NCBI GenBank assembly: GCA_965248575.1 | Contig: CBDFJQ010000002.1 | Span: forward strand, 3,424,001 to 3,488,000 | DNA length: 64,000 nucleotides | Origin: Planctomycetota bacterium | Lineage (GTDB): Bacteria; Planctomycetota; B15-G4 | Direction: 5' to 3' | Part shown: piece by piece, positions 9,257-18,727 of the stretch | Layout of the letters: the number at the start of each line of letters is the position of its first letter | Position numbering within the stretch: position 1 is the stretch's first letter | Program-made: the position numbers and the translations under genes | The notes under the pieces: generated by a model | Databases searched by the model: none | The model's input: the letters and a program-made list of their open reading frames with translations, nothing else | What the model was told of the DNA's origin: nothing

Positions 9257-9615
9257 GACCTGACTCCGACTCGAGAACCCTTCTCCGATGGTTCGGGAAC
9301 CTGCTCCCGACCACCGCCTTCTCCCCTGCCTTCCTCAAAGTGGCCTCACTGGGCCGCTCATGACTCATCGGCCGAAATAGCTGACAATTGAATCAGAAGG
9401 TGCGCTTCGGCTGAATGGGGTCGGCCAGCTGGCCCCCCCCTCGCAAGAAAACAGACGCCAACAGCCCCTTCACCAGTGAAATTCTAGCCGGGAAGATTAT
9501 TCCGACAGGGAGCCAGAGATTTCCCTTTTCAGGCTTAAGCCATCGGCCGTGCGAGGCTTGGGGCCCGGGACATGGCCGGGTACCCTCACGCGCCGCATTG
9601 CGCGACGCATCTGTG

Positions 9616-9692
<77 letters not shown>

Positions 9693-9794
9693 GCCATGCC
9701 TGAAGCCCCGCTTCGGCTTTCGGCGTCGAGAGCGGGCACGTAGAGCATCCGGGCCCACTCACTTCCCCCCGCGCTACCCATCTCCCCCGCTACC

Positions 9795-9983
9795 CCGTGG
9801 GCGGACTTGCTCAAGCGAGTCTTCGCCGTCGACGTGCTGCGCTGTCACCGCTGCGGTGGTCGGCGGGAGGTCCTGGCGCTCCTCACGCAAGGAACCGTGG
9901 TGCGCGCGATCCTGGAGTGCCTCGGCTTGCCGGCCGACGCACCGGTGATCCATCCGGCGCGCGGGCCGCCCGAGCTGTTCTGA
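9795..9983 (+). pseudogene. C-terminal fragment of IS91/ISCR-family (Y2) transposase
   Basis: Manual translation PWADLLKRVFAVDVLRCHRCGGRREVLALLTQGTVVRAILECLGLP...ARGPP matches the IS91-family C-terminal Zn-ribbon motif WAxLLKRVF..D...C..CGG...ARGPP. There is an in-frame stop at 9741 and no ATG start. Confidence 0.85.
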
Positions 9984-10216
9984 GCCGAGGGGATCGGGGG
10001 GGAGCAGGGATCGTGCTTAGTGAGACGGGGCGACGGTGGGGGGGGATCCGTGGTGGTGCGGCCCCGGGCGGTGTGATCAACGCTCGCGAAGGGGAAGGAG
10101 GGGCCCAGGACTGCGAGTCGTCAGCGTTCGCGGCTCGCTGAGGTGCGGGACCTGACGCAGGCCCGGCGTGCGAGCGGAAGGTCCGCCACGCGAGGAGCTT
10201 TGAAACTCCTATGCTC
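9795..10216 (+). mobile_element. IS91/ISCR relic (3' end with oriIS-like terminus)
   Basis: The transposase fragment is followed ~210 nt later by GCTTTGAAACTCCTATGCTC (10197-10216), which resembles ISCR/IS91 oriIS ends (TTT.AA.TTCCTAT). Confidence 0.65.
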
Positions 10217-10269
10217 TGTAAATTCAATGGTCGCAACGCGACCGACCTGACCAGCGCAGAGCAAGCACA

Positions 10270-11175
10270 ATGCGAACCACATCAGCACTTCACTGGACAC
10301 TTCTGGTTGCACTACTTGCTTTTCCCGTCGTCGCGTCGGCGCAAAATTCGACAGACGATCAAGAGCCGGTTGCCCTCCACAACCCGGTCATCTCGGCCGA
10401 CGGCGCCTGGATGGCAGCGGAGGAGCGTTCGGACCGCGGCGATGAAAACGTTCGCGTGTGGTCGACGGAAGGCAACGTCACGTTCTCCATTGAACGCGGA
10501 CAGAACCCGCGCATCAGCCGTGACTCGCGTTGGGTGAGCGCTCTGCAGAATCAGCCGCTCGAGGACTCGATGACTGCCAGGCCGAAGAACAAACGTGCGG
10601 GCCAGACACTGGTCTTGCTGGACACGCAGGATGGTTCGCGAAGGACGTTCGACTCCGTCCTGTCCTATGACATGACCCGCTCCTCGAGGACTGGGTCATG
10701 GTACTTGGTCTACTTGCAGTCACCGGAGACGAAGGCTGACGAGGAAGGGCACTCAAGAGACGAGCCGACGAAGCCAGCCGCAAGAGGACGCACGGGGGGA
10801 ACGCTGCACGTGGTTCACCTGGAGAGCGGCAACGTGGTGATCACGGTAGAAGACGTCGGACAATACGCCACTCATCAGACAGAGAATCGCGTCGCCTTTG
10901 TGGTGCAGAAGAACCTGCTGCACGAAGAAGAGACAGGCCGCGATACACTCCACATCGCCGGGTTCTCCCAGAGGAACTGGGGCATTAACGCAACATACGA
11001 CGGTGAGAAGATCGAAGGCCTGTGCTGGGCGCGCGATCGGCTCACGCTCGGGTTCCTCGACAGCACGGAGACAACAGGCAATGACGGGAAGCGGCGCGTA
11101 GACAGAGCGCTCTACACGTGGCAACGGGGCCAATCCTGGGATGAGAAGTTCACGCGGGTGGACACCCCCCAGTGA
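10270..11175 (+). CDS. secreted beta-propeller protein resembling the N-terminus of S9 peptidases; probably truncated
   Basis: Signal peptide; ISADGAWMA...IERGQNPRISRDSRWVS propeller blades; no GxSxG catalytic domain; visibly lower GC than neighbours. Confidence 0.55.
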   Translation: MRTTSALHWTLLVALLAFPVVASAQNSTDDQEPVALHNPVISADGAWMAAEERSDRGDENVRVWSTEGNVTFSIERGQNPRISRDSRWVSALQNQPLEDSMTARPKNKRAGQTLVLLDTQDGSRRTFDSVLSYDMTRSSRTGSWYLVYLQSPETKADEEGHSRDEPTKPAARGRTGGTLHVVHLESGNVVITVEDVGQYATHQTENRVAFVVQKNLLHEEETGRDTLHIAGFSQRNWGINATYDGEKIEGLCWARDRLTLGFLDSTETTGNDGKRRVDRALYTWQRGQSWDEKFTRVDTPQ

Positions 11176-11513
11176 CCGCCCTGTCCGAAAATACGAACGA
11201 CGTGAATCCGGGGCTCCGAGCATGAGTGATGGGTAGGATTAGAAGGCGGGGTCGGCAAATGTGAACGGTGTGTTGGGCCAGCGTCGTCGGCTGCTTGTTT
11301 CCGCACTCGTGTTCGAGTCTCATTCGGACCCCAAACAACAGCCCGCACGAACAGAGAACATGCTCGTGCACCCCGATATTCGGGGAGCCACACAACGCGC
11401 CGCGCGAGCGGCGAGAAGCCGTCGAGGTTGCCCGCTTGATGCAGGACTTCTCGTCAGTGCACCAGATCACCCTGTCGAATGGTGTGCTCGCGACAGCGCC
11501 CTAGGTCGCCCCC

Positions 11514-12344
11514 CTACCCCACCACGTCCAGCCAGGCCTGGGCCATGAGCGCTGCGCCCGCCGCGCTGGGGTGCACGCCATCGCCGGCCCAGTGCTCCGG
11601 CGGGGCGATCTTCACGGCCTCGTCGAACATCGTCTGGAACGGCACCCAGCGCGCGCCGTGTTTGGCAGCCATGCGGGCGGCGGCCGCGCGGTAGTCGTCG
11701 AAGTCCGGGAACCACGAGTCGTCGATGGCTCCGCAGCGCAGCACGAAAGGCTCGCAGAGCACGAGCTTCACGTCAGGCAGGGCTGCCCTGGTGCGGGCCA
11801 GCAGCGCGTCATAGTCCCGCTCGTAGGTCTTGGCCGTGCCGTCGTAGTCTCCGCCGCGGGTGTGCCAGATGTCGTTGACGCCGATCAGGATGCTGAGCAC
11901 ATCCGGTTGGATGTCGAGGCAGTCGGCGTCCCAACGCTCGGCCAGCTGGGGCACCTTGTTGCCGCTGATGCCACGGTTGTAGATCTGTAGTCCATCCGCG
12001 GGGCGCTTCACCAACAATCTGGTGGCGGCCAGGAAGGCGTAGCCCCAGCCCATGGCTTCTTGGTCGTTCACCTCACCGGCCCGTTCGCGACTGCGGCCGG
12101 CATCCGTGATGGAGTCGCCCTGGAAGAGCACGACATCGCCCGCACCGATGAGGGGCCCTGATCTGGATGCGGATGCGGGGTTGGCACGGACCGGGAGCGC
12201 CTCAGGAAGTGGGGTGCTGGCCGAGGCGGCCGGGGCCTTGGACCCCGCGCAACCCACCAGACCCAGTCCGCCGAGCGCCGCCAGGCTGCTGCCCAGGAAC
12301 TTGCGGCGGCCGGGCATCGCGGTGTTCAAGTCGTCGTCCTTCAT
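11514..12344 (-). CDS. Tat-exported SGNH/GDSL hydrolase
   Basis: GRRKFLG twin-Arg signal; FQGDSITD, NRGISGN, LIGVND, DGVHP blocks. Confidence 0.92.
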   Translation of the reverse strand: MKDDDLNTAMPGRRKFLGSSLAALGGLGLVGCAGSKAPAASASTPLPEALPVRANPASASRSGPLIGAGDVVLFQGDSITDAGRSRERAGEVNDQEAMGWGYAFLAATRLLVKRPADGLQIYNRGISGNKVPQLAERWDADCLDIQPDVLSILIGVNDIWHTRGGDYDGTAKTYERDYDALLARTRAALPDVKLVLCEPFVLRCGAIDDSWFPDFDDYRAAAARMAAKHGARWVPFQTMFDEAVKIAPPEHWAGDGVHPSAAGAALMAQAWLDVVG

Positions 12345-12399
12345 GACAGGTTCCTTGTGGATGTGTTGGCCGCCTGGAGCGGGGCCCTGGACTTGGACC

Positions 12400-13566
12400 T
12401 CAAGCCTTCGGCATCGCCCGTCGCAAGAAGCTGTCGAAGAGCGGCACCGTGAACGCCGTCTCACCGTGGGACGGGCTGTAGATCATGCCCTTGCCGATCA
12501 GCTGCTTTCGCCTCGGGGCGACGGATTCCACGCTCACCCCGAGCTGGGCTGCGATGTCCCCCGAGCGGTGTGGCCCCGGCCCCAGCTCGGCCATGCCGCG
12601 CAGATAGTGCTTCTCCTTGGGGGTCAGGCGATCGAAGCGCACCAAGAAGAAGTTGTTGTCCAAGTGGTCGATGACCGTCTGCCGCACGGCCTGCACATCC
12701 GCAGCCGTCACCGGGCTCCCGGTTGCTTGGTTCCACACATGTGAGCCCCACTCCTGCAGGAAATAGGGGTAGCCACCGGCCTCCTGCACCACGAGGTCGA
12801 GGGCCTCGGGTTCGATGTCGATGCCCCGTGCCTCGGCCGGAACGGACAGGGCATCTCGCGCGTCCTCGGGGCCCAGGTCACTCATCATCGGGAATTCGAA
12901 CAGTCGCTCGGCATAGCTCTTGGCTTCGCCCGCCAGCCCCGGCAGCTGGGGCAGGCCCGCGCCCACGAGCACCACGGGCAGGTCCAGTTGCGTCGTGCGG
13001 TGGATGGCCGTGATCAGCGCGCCGAACTCCTCGGCGGACAGGTACTGCACTTCGTCGATGGCCAGGAGAACGCCGGTCTGCTTGCTGCGCGCCGCCTCGC
13101 CCACCGCCACCAGCAGGTCGGTGAGGTCCTCGGCCAGCAGGCCCGAATCCGCCTCGCCACCGATCGCCGCCACGTTAAGCGAGACGCTCGCACCATCGGG
13201 CAGGTTCAGGCTGAATGCCTTGAGCACCCCCATGGCCCGCAGCACCGCCTTGGTGCCCCCGCTGCGGTCGATGCGCAGCAACACCTTGCGCAGCCACACC
13301 GCCAGCAGCATGCGGAAGTCGCCGGTCTCCGGTGCCTCGATGGCCGCCACCTGGAAGCCCTCCTGCTCGGCGATCTCGCGGAAGCGATTCAGCAGCACGG
13401 TCTTGCCCACGCCTCGCAGGCCGATCGGCACGAGGCTCTTGCCCGGCTGCCCCGCCAGGGCCCGACGCACCGTGACTCCGAAGGCGTCGATGAGCCGGTT
13501 GCGGCCCATGAGCGCAGGGGGCGGGGTGCCAGCACCCGGTCGATAGGGGTTGTCGAGGGGATCCAT
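12400..13566 (-). CDS. AAA-type P-loop ATPase with C-terminal winged-helix domain
   Basis: NPYRPGAG..P..L.GR, Walker A GLRGVGKT, Walker B LAIDEVQ, SYAERLF, GYPYFLQ; C-terminal SGDIAAQLG...RKQLIGKGMIYSP. Confidence 0.85.
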   Translation of the reverse strand: MDPLDNPYRPGAGTPPPALMGRNRLIDAFGVTVRRALAGQPGKSLVPIGLRGVGKTVLLNRFREIAEQEGFQVAAIEAPETGDFRMLLAVWLRKVLLRIDRSGGTKAVLRAMGVLKAFSLNLPDGASVSLNVAAIGGEADSGLLAEDLTDLLVAVGEAARSKQTGVLLAIDEVQYLSAEEFGALITAIHRTTQLDLPVVLVGAGLPQLPGLAGEAKSYAERLFEFPMMSDLGPEDARDALSVPAEARGIDIEPEALDLVVQEAGGYPYFLQEWGSHVWNQATGSPVTAADVQAVRQTVIDHLDNNFFLVRFDRLTPKEKHYLRGMAELGPGPHRSGDIAAQLGVSVESVAPRRKQLIGKGMIYSPSHGETAFTVPLFDSFLRRAMPKA

Positions 13567-13576
13567 ATCAACAGAC

Positions 13577-13627
13577 CTTATGGCTCGGTGGAGCGATCTT
13601 ATGATTCTTATGCATCGATTCAATAAG
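13577..13627 (-). promoter_or_regulatory. repeated CTTATG boxes and CTTAT-N11-ATAAG inverted repeat upstream of the AAA-wHTH gene
   Basis: CTTATG at 13577, 13598 and 13607; ATAAG at 13623; all in an AT-rich patch. Confidence 0.5.
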
Positions 13628-13690
13628 CTCCCTTGAGTGCCGTATTCGAGCCTGAAAACACCGTTTAGAGCCCAATGGGTAGCTTCCTGC

Positions 13691-15010
13691 TCAGGAAAGG
13701 CGCTTCCGCCACGCCCCGGCGAGCCCCTTGGGAAGTCCCCGAGGGAGCAGGATGCCGTCGGCCCCCAGGAAGCTCGCCAGGCTCTGGAGGGCCGACCCCA
13801 GGCCCTCCTGGAAAGCCCGCCCAGAGGCCTCGCTCTCGAAGCCCGGCTCCAGCGACAGCTTGCGGACCTCGAGCAGCGAGCGGTCCCGATGGAGCTTGGG
13901 GTCCAGCCGACCCACGAGCCGCCCCTCATGCAGGATCGGCAGAACGTAGTAGCCGTGCACGCGCTTCGCGGCCGGGACGTAGATCTCCACCCGGTAGTGG
14001 AAGCCGAGCAGCTGCTCGGCGCGACCCCGCTGCCACAGCAGTGAGTCGAAGGGCGAGAGGAGCGTGGTGCCGCGGACAGGCTGCACGCCGGCCAGCAACT
14101 CAAGGTGTTCGGGGAGCGCGAGCCACCGGCCATCCCGTGCCGAGCCCAGCCCTTCCTCCCCGGCGGCGTCCGACCGGCCATTCGACCGGCCCTCCACCTG
14201 AACGTGCACCACCGTGCCCGCTCGCAGGGCTCGATCCACCACGCGCCGCCGGTGTCCCGCCTTGAGGCCAGCGGACGTCAGATAGTTGACGAGGTGGGCC
14301 TCGCAAGCGACGCCGTTGCCGGACAGACCGCGCAGCAACCAGGCGTCCTCCTCCTGGCGGCGGGTGGCCGCGGGCAGCTCGGGATACACGCGCTCTGCCA
14401 GGTCGTAGGCCCGACGGAAGTGCCGGCGCGACGCGATGCCGATGCGCCCCGAATGCCACAGGAACTGCAGCGTGCGCTTGTCCTCCTTGGGCAGCGTCGA
14501 GCCCCAGCCGCCGTCGACCTTCAACTCGTGGGCACCGCGCTCGAAGGCCGAGCTCTCCAAGGGGCCCTCCTCGCGCAGGCGCCGCAGCACCCGTCGCCGG
14601 GAGGCCGTCGAGGTCTCGAAGTGCTTCCACCAGGACTTCCCCGCCCACAGCTCGGGGATGCGCCGCATGCGTCGCTTGGCCTCCGGCAGATGGGAGGCGG
14701 GCAGGATGCAGGCCTCGTGCGCCCAGTATTCGAAGGCCGAGCGGTCCCGGTAGACCCAGCGCTCCACCCGCTTCCGGTCATAGGCCCCGAAGCGGCTCCA
14801 GAGCGTGAGCCAGTGGGCCCGATCCACGACATTCACCGAGTCCAGCTGGAGCCCCCCGGTGCGCTCCAGGAGATCCACGAAGGCCCGCTTGCCGAGGGGG
14901 GTCTCGCCCCGCGGGGTGCCGAGCCCCTGGCGCTGGAACCAGAGGCAGCGGACCTGGTCCAGAGAGACGGCAGGGAGGGTCCGAGACCGTCGATTCGCCG
15001 CAGAAGCCAT
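13691..15010 (-). CDS. YcaQ/AlkZ family interstrand-crosslink DNA glycosylase (HTH_42)
   Basis: LQLDSVNVV (QxD catalytic motif), FEYWAHEAC, LLSPFDSL, FHYRVEIYVP..KR.HGYYVLP. Confidence 0.9.
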   Translation of the reverse strand: MASAANRRSRTLPAVSLDQVRCLWFQRQGLGTPRGETPLGKRAFVDLLERTGGLQLDSVNVVDRAHWLTLWSRFGAYDRKRVERWVYRDRSAFEYWAHEACILPASHLPEAKRRMRRIPELWAGKSWWKHFETSTASRRRVLRRLREEGPLESSAFERGAHELKVDGGWGSTLPKEDKRTLQFLWHSGRIGIASRRHFRRAYDLAERVYPELPAATRRQEEDAWLLRGLSGNGVACEAHLVNYLTSAGLKAGHRRRVVDRALRAGTVVHVQVEGRSNGRSDAAGEEGLGSARDGRWLALPEHLELLAGVQPVRGTTLLSPFDSLLWQRGRAEQLLGFHYRVEIYVPAAKRVHGYYVLPILHEGRLVGRLDPKLHRDRSLLEVRKLSLEPGFESEASGRAFQEGLGSALQSLASFLGADGILLPRGLPKGLAGAWRKRLS

Positions 15011-15258
15011 GCCGCGAGCATGGGCCAGCCAGCCCCCGGGCGCCAGGGGGCGACGAGCGCTGCCCGGCCACCCCATGCCGCCCTCCATGCCTCCGCCAGC
15101 ACCCTTCAAGTCCGCCCCAGGCGGGGGTCGATGGAACCCCTCGACCTGCGCGCCGCGCCGTTTTGTGGAACACTAGGGGTTCGGACGGACATGCAACGGC
15201 TTCCCGAAGCCTGACGTCAGAACCATCACGACCCTCACCATCATTCGGAACACCTCCC

Positions 15259-15483
15259 ATGAAGAAGAGCATCCAGAACCTCGGACTGGCCCTCGGCCTC
15301 TGCGCCCTCGCCGCCTGCTCCGCCGCCCAAGGCGAGTCTGCCGGTACCACGACCATCTCCGAAGCCCCCGCCTGCGAAGACAAGGCAGCCGAGTGCGAAG
15401 CCGCCAAGTCCGAGTGCAGCGCCGAAGAAGTGGCCGCTGCCAAAGAGGACAGCTGCTGCGCCGAAGAGGCCAGCGACAGCTGA
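15259..15483 (+). CDS. small Cys/Glu/Ala-rich lipoprotein
   Basis: MKKS..LALGLCALAAC lipobox; typical GC3-rich codons; C-x6-C-x6-C...CC. Confidence 0.7.
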   Translation: MKKSIQNLGLALGLCALAACSAAQGESAGTTTISEAPACEDKAAECEAAKSECSAEEVAAAKEDSCCAEEASDS

Positions 15484-15495
15484 GCCCCTGACTCA

Positions 15496-15667
15496 GGGTT
15501 CTGGCCGGCCACGGTGGTTGGGCTGAGCACCTGAAACCAGGACGCAACACCACGCCGCCGGAGACCGGCGCTGCGGAGCCCTCGGATCGCTCGATCCAAG
15601 GACACGCGCAACGGTCTCCGGCGGCTGTTCCAATTCTGATGCCGGAGCAGGGTCTGCGGCCGGACCC
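15496..15667. ncRNA. long irregular hairpin (6S-RNA-like candidate or repeat element)
   Basis: Perfect 14-bp IR GCCGCCGGAGACCG (15554-15567)/CGGTCTCCGGCGGC (15612-15625); apical GGATCG/CGATCC; possible closing stem 15496-15507/15657-15667. Confidence 0.35.
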
Positions 15668-15844
15668 CAGGCCCAAAAGACCGTGGTATCTTGGGCGCCG
15701 TCCAACGATCGACCCATGGCGGCCTCCGGCTCTCCCCCCCGAACACCTGGCGCCGCCGACCTCTCCACCTCCCCTCCCTCGGCCCCGTGCGCCCGGCCCC
15801 CGAAGCCGCCGGTCGCGCCCACTCTCTCCACACCCGGAGGCTCC

Positions 15845-18727
15845 ATGTTGAGCTCTCTTTGCGTCCGTCCTGTTTTCGGCGTCACCCTCACCGCCCTCGT
15901 CCTAGCCCTCGGCAGCCTGAGTCCCGCCGCCCTGGCCCACGACGACGACCCGAAGATCTTCGACAAGCAGCCGCCTTATGTCGGCCCCGGCTACCGCGGC
16001 GCCTTTGCCACCATGCCCAGCGTCGCGCTGGGCACCCTGGGCGTAACGGGCCCGACGGACGCGAAGCTAGACGCAGGATCCCGGGCCAGCTTCCAGCACG
16101 CAGGCACAAGCCAGGAGGGTTCGCAGCTCGCCGTGCTCGGCCCCGAGACGGTCTTCTCCCCCGGCATCAACTTCGCTAGCGACGAGATCCAGCTGATGTC
16201 CTGGCTGACCCTCGACGACATGAGCCCGGGCACCGTCAGCGGCAACGACTGCTGGGGCTACACCTCGGGCAGCGGCCGGGAGTACGCCCTCATGGGCACC
16301 TCCCACGCCACGGTCTTCGTGGAGGTCACCCAGGCCGATGACCCGGTCGTGGTCGCCGTGGAACCCGGGCCCCAGAGCCTGTGGCGCGACACCAAGACCT
16401 ACCAGACCTACGCCTATTCCGTGAGCGAAGGGGGCGGCGGCATCCAGGTCTACGACCTGGCGCAGATCGACTCCGGCATCGTCACGCACCTCGGCGACTT
16501 CAACGACGGCACCACCAGCGCCACCCACAACGTGCTCATCAACGAGGACTCCGGCTACCTCTACCGCAGCGGCGGCAGCAGCCACGGCCTGCGCATCTAT
16601 AGCCTGGCCAACCCGGCCAGCCCGGTCTTCGTGAACAGTTGGGACGACCGCTACGTGCACGACGCCCAGGTGGTCACCTACACGAGCGGCCCCAACGCCG
16701 GCAAGGAGATCGCCTTCTGTGCCTCCGGCGACTTCGCCCAGCCGGGGCTCGACATCCTCGACGTGACCAACAAGAACAACATCCTCCTGTTGGACAACTT
16801 CGTCTACCCGAACCCCGTCTACAGCCACCAGCTCTGGCTCAATGACGACAAGACCCTGCTCTACCTCAACGACGAGCTGGATGAGGGGCCGGGCACGCCC
16901 ACCACGACCCACGTCATCAACGTCAGCAACCTGAACAACGCGAGCCTGGCGGGCACCTTCGACAACGGCCTGGCCGCCATCGGCCACAACGTCTACATCA
17001 AGGACGGGCTGCTGTACGAGGCCAACTACCGCAGCGGCCTGCGGGTGTTCGACATCGATGCCAATCCGACGAACCCGCCGGAGATCGCGTGGTTCGACGT
17101 CTACCCCCAGGACGACCTGGACGAGTTCAACGGCCTCTGGAGCGTCTACCCGTTCTTCGACAGCGGCACGGTCATCGGCAGCGACCTCGAGAAGGGCCTC
17201 TTCGTGTGGCGCATGGGCAAGGCGCCCGTGACCCTCACGCCCCTGGCGGCTCTCCCGGCCATGGTGGACCCCACTGGCTTCAGCTTCGACCTGAGCATCA
17301 GTGAGGACCAGGCCGGCGACTTCGTCATGGGCAGCGGGCAGGTGCACTACAACGCCGGCAAGGGTTGGAAGAGCGCGCCCCTCACCAACCTTGGCGGCGG
17401 AAACTACCGTGCCACCCTGCCGGCCCTGCCGTGCGGCCTCGAGGTGCCCTACTACGCCTCGGCCCTGGCCTCGGACGGCAGCACTTGGACCACGCCCAAT
17501 CTGGCGGCGGGCCTCACCTACCTGAGCCTCTCCGCCAACGGCCAGGCCACGGCCCTCTCCCAGAACATGGAGAGCAACCAGGGCTGGACCGGCGGTGCAC
17601 CCGGCGATGACGCCAGCACCGGCATCTGGGAGCGGGGCGATCCCCTGGGCACCGGCGCCCAGCCCGAGGACGACCACACCAGCGGCGGCGGCAACACCGA
17701 CTGCTGGTACACCGGCCAGGGCCCCAGCGGAGGCGGCCTCGGTGACAACGATGTAGACGGCGGCATTACCACGCTGCTCTCCCCCGTCATGAACCTCAAA
17801 GGCCTCAGCGAACCCAACATCTCCTACTGGCGCTGGTACGTGAATTCACCGGCCAATGCAGGCGATGCCGACGACATCTTCCTGATCGACATCTCCAACG
17901 ACGGCGGCAACAGCTGGACCAACGTGGAGACCCTCGACCCCACGGTGTTCGAGCAGGTGGGCGACTGGATCCACACGTCCTTCCGGGTGTCGGATTTCAT
18001 CCAGCCCACCAACTCCATGCAGATGCGCTTCATCGCCAGCGACACGAACAATGGCTCCATCGTCGAGGCAGCCATTGACGACTTCGCCGTGACGGAGACC
18101 CAGTGCGCGGACTGCAACGGCAACGGCCAGAGCGACGGCATGGAGATCCTGGGCGGCGTCCCGGACGGCAACAAGAACAGCATCCCTGACTACTGCGAGC
18201 TGCCCACGACCCAGGTGGGTCGCCCCAACGCCAAGAGTGGCCCAGCGGGCGGCGTCTCCGGTGGCCCCAGCGGCCCCGGCGGGCCTGCAACCGGGGCTGT
18301 GCTCGGCAGCCCGAGCCAACCCCCGCTGCTCAGCAGCTTGATCCCAACGATCTCTGTTTCTCGTGGGGGCGAGCACAGCATGCGCCTCGAAGCCGGGGCA
18401 GAGCACGCTGGGAAGCCCTACCTGTTGCTGGGCTCTTTCTCGGGCACTGAACCCGGTTTCGCCCTGCCGCTCGTGACGGTGCCGCTGCACTTCGACGCCT
18501 ACACCCGCTTCGGCCTGGCGTCACCCAACACGGCCCCGCTGATCGCCTCCCAGAGCGTGCTGGACGAACACGGCCACGCCCTGGCCGCCTTCCAGCTACC
18601 CGCCGATTCGGACCCCGCCCTGACAGGGCTCACGGTGAACCACGCGTTCCTGGTCTTCGAGGACGTGCTCGAGTCCGGCCGGGTCGTCCTGGTGAGCAAC
18701 GCCACAGCCGTGAAGTTGGTGGACTAG
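15845..18727 (+). CDS. choice-of-anchor B family secreted protein (LVIVD-like propeller, MAM-like domain, C-terminal extension)
   Basis: GNDCWGY..GREYALMG, ATHNV, YVHDAQ, YSHQLWL, LYLNDELDE, IGHNVY, ANYRSGLRVFD, WSVYPFF; RBS GGAGG before ATG 15845. Confidence 0.85.
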   Translation: MLSSLCVRPVFGVTLTALVLALGSLSPAALAHDDDPKIFDKQPPYVGPGYRGAFATMPSVALGTLGVTGPTDAKLDAGSRASFQHAGTSQEGSQLAVLGPETVFSPGINFASDEIQLMSWLTLDDMSPGTVSGNDCWGYTSGSGREYALMGTSHATVFVEVTQADDPVVVAVEPGPQSLWRDTKTYQTYAYSVSEGGGGIQVYDLAQIDSGIVTHLGDFNDGTTSATHNVLINEDSGYLYRSGGSSHGLRIYSLANPASPVFVNSWDDRYVHDAQVVTYTSGPNAGKEIAFCASGDFAQPGLDILDVTNKNNILLLDNFVYPNPVYSHQLWLNDDKTLLYLNDELDEGPGTPTTTHVINVSNLNNASLAGTFDNGLAAIGHNVYIKDGLLYEANYRSGLRVFDIDANPTNPPEIAWFDVYPQDDLDEFNGLWSVYPFFDSGTVIGSDLEKGLFVWRMGKAPVTLTPLAALPAMVDPTGFSFDLSISEDQAGDFVMGSGQVHYNAGKGWKSAPLTNLGGGNYRATLPALPCGLEVPYYASALASDGSTWTTPNLAAGLTYLSLSANGQATALSQNMESNQGWTGGAPGDDASTGIWERGDPLGTGAQPEDDHTSGGGNTDCWYTGQGPSGGGLGDNDVDGGITTLLSPVMNLKGLSEPNISYWRWYVNSPANAGDADDIFLIDISNDGGNSWTNVETLDPTVFEQVGDWIHTSFRVSDFIQPTNSMQMRFIASDTNNGSIVEAAIDDFAVTETQCADCNGNGQSDGMEILGGVPDGNKNSIPDYCELPTTQVGRPNAKSGPAGGVSGGPSGPGGPATGAVLGSPSQPPLLSSLIPTISVSRGGEHSMRLEAGAEHAGKPYLLLGSFSGTEPGFALPLVTVPLHFDAYTRFGLASPNTAPLIASQSVLDEHGHALAAFQLPADSDPALTGLTVNHAFLVFEDVLESGRVVLVSNATAVKLVD

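Noticed and set aside
11306..11333. GTTCGAGTC...CCA resembling a tRNA 3' half
   Set aside because: The T-stem does not pair and the sequence does not match the nearby tRNA-Arg.
13567..14181. N-terminal extension of the 593-aa ORF
   Set aside because: It overlaps the ycaQ-like gene; family similarity starts at MDPLDNPY (13566).
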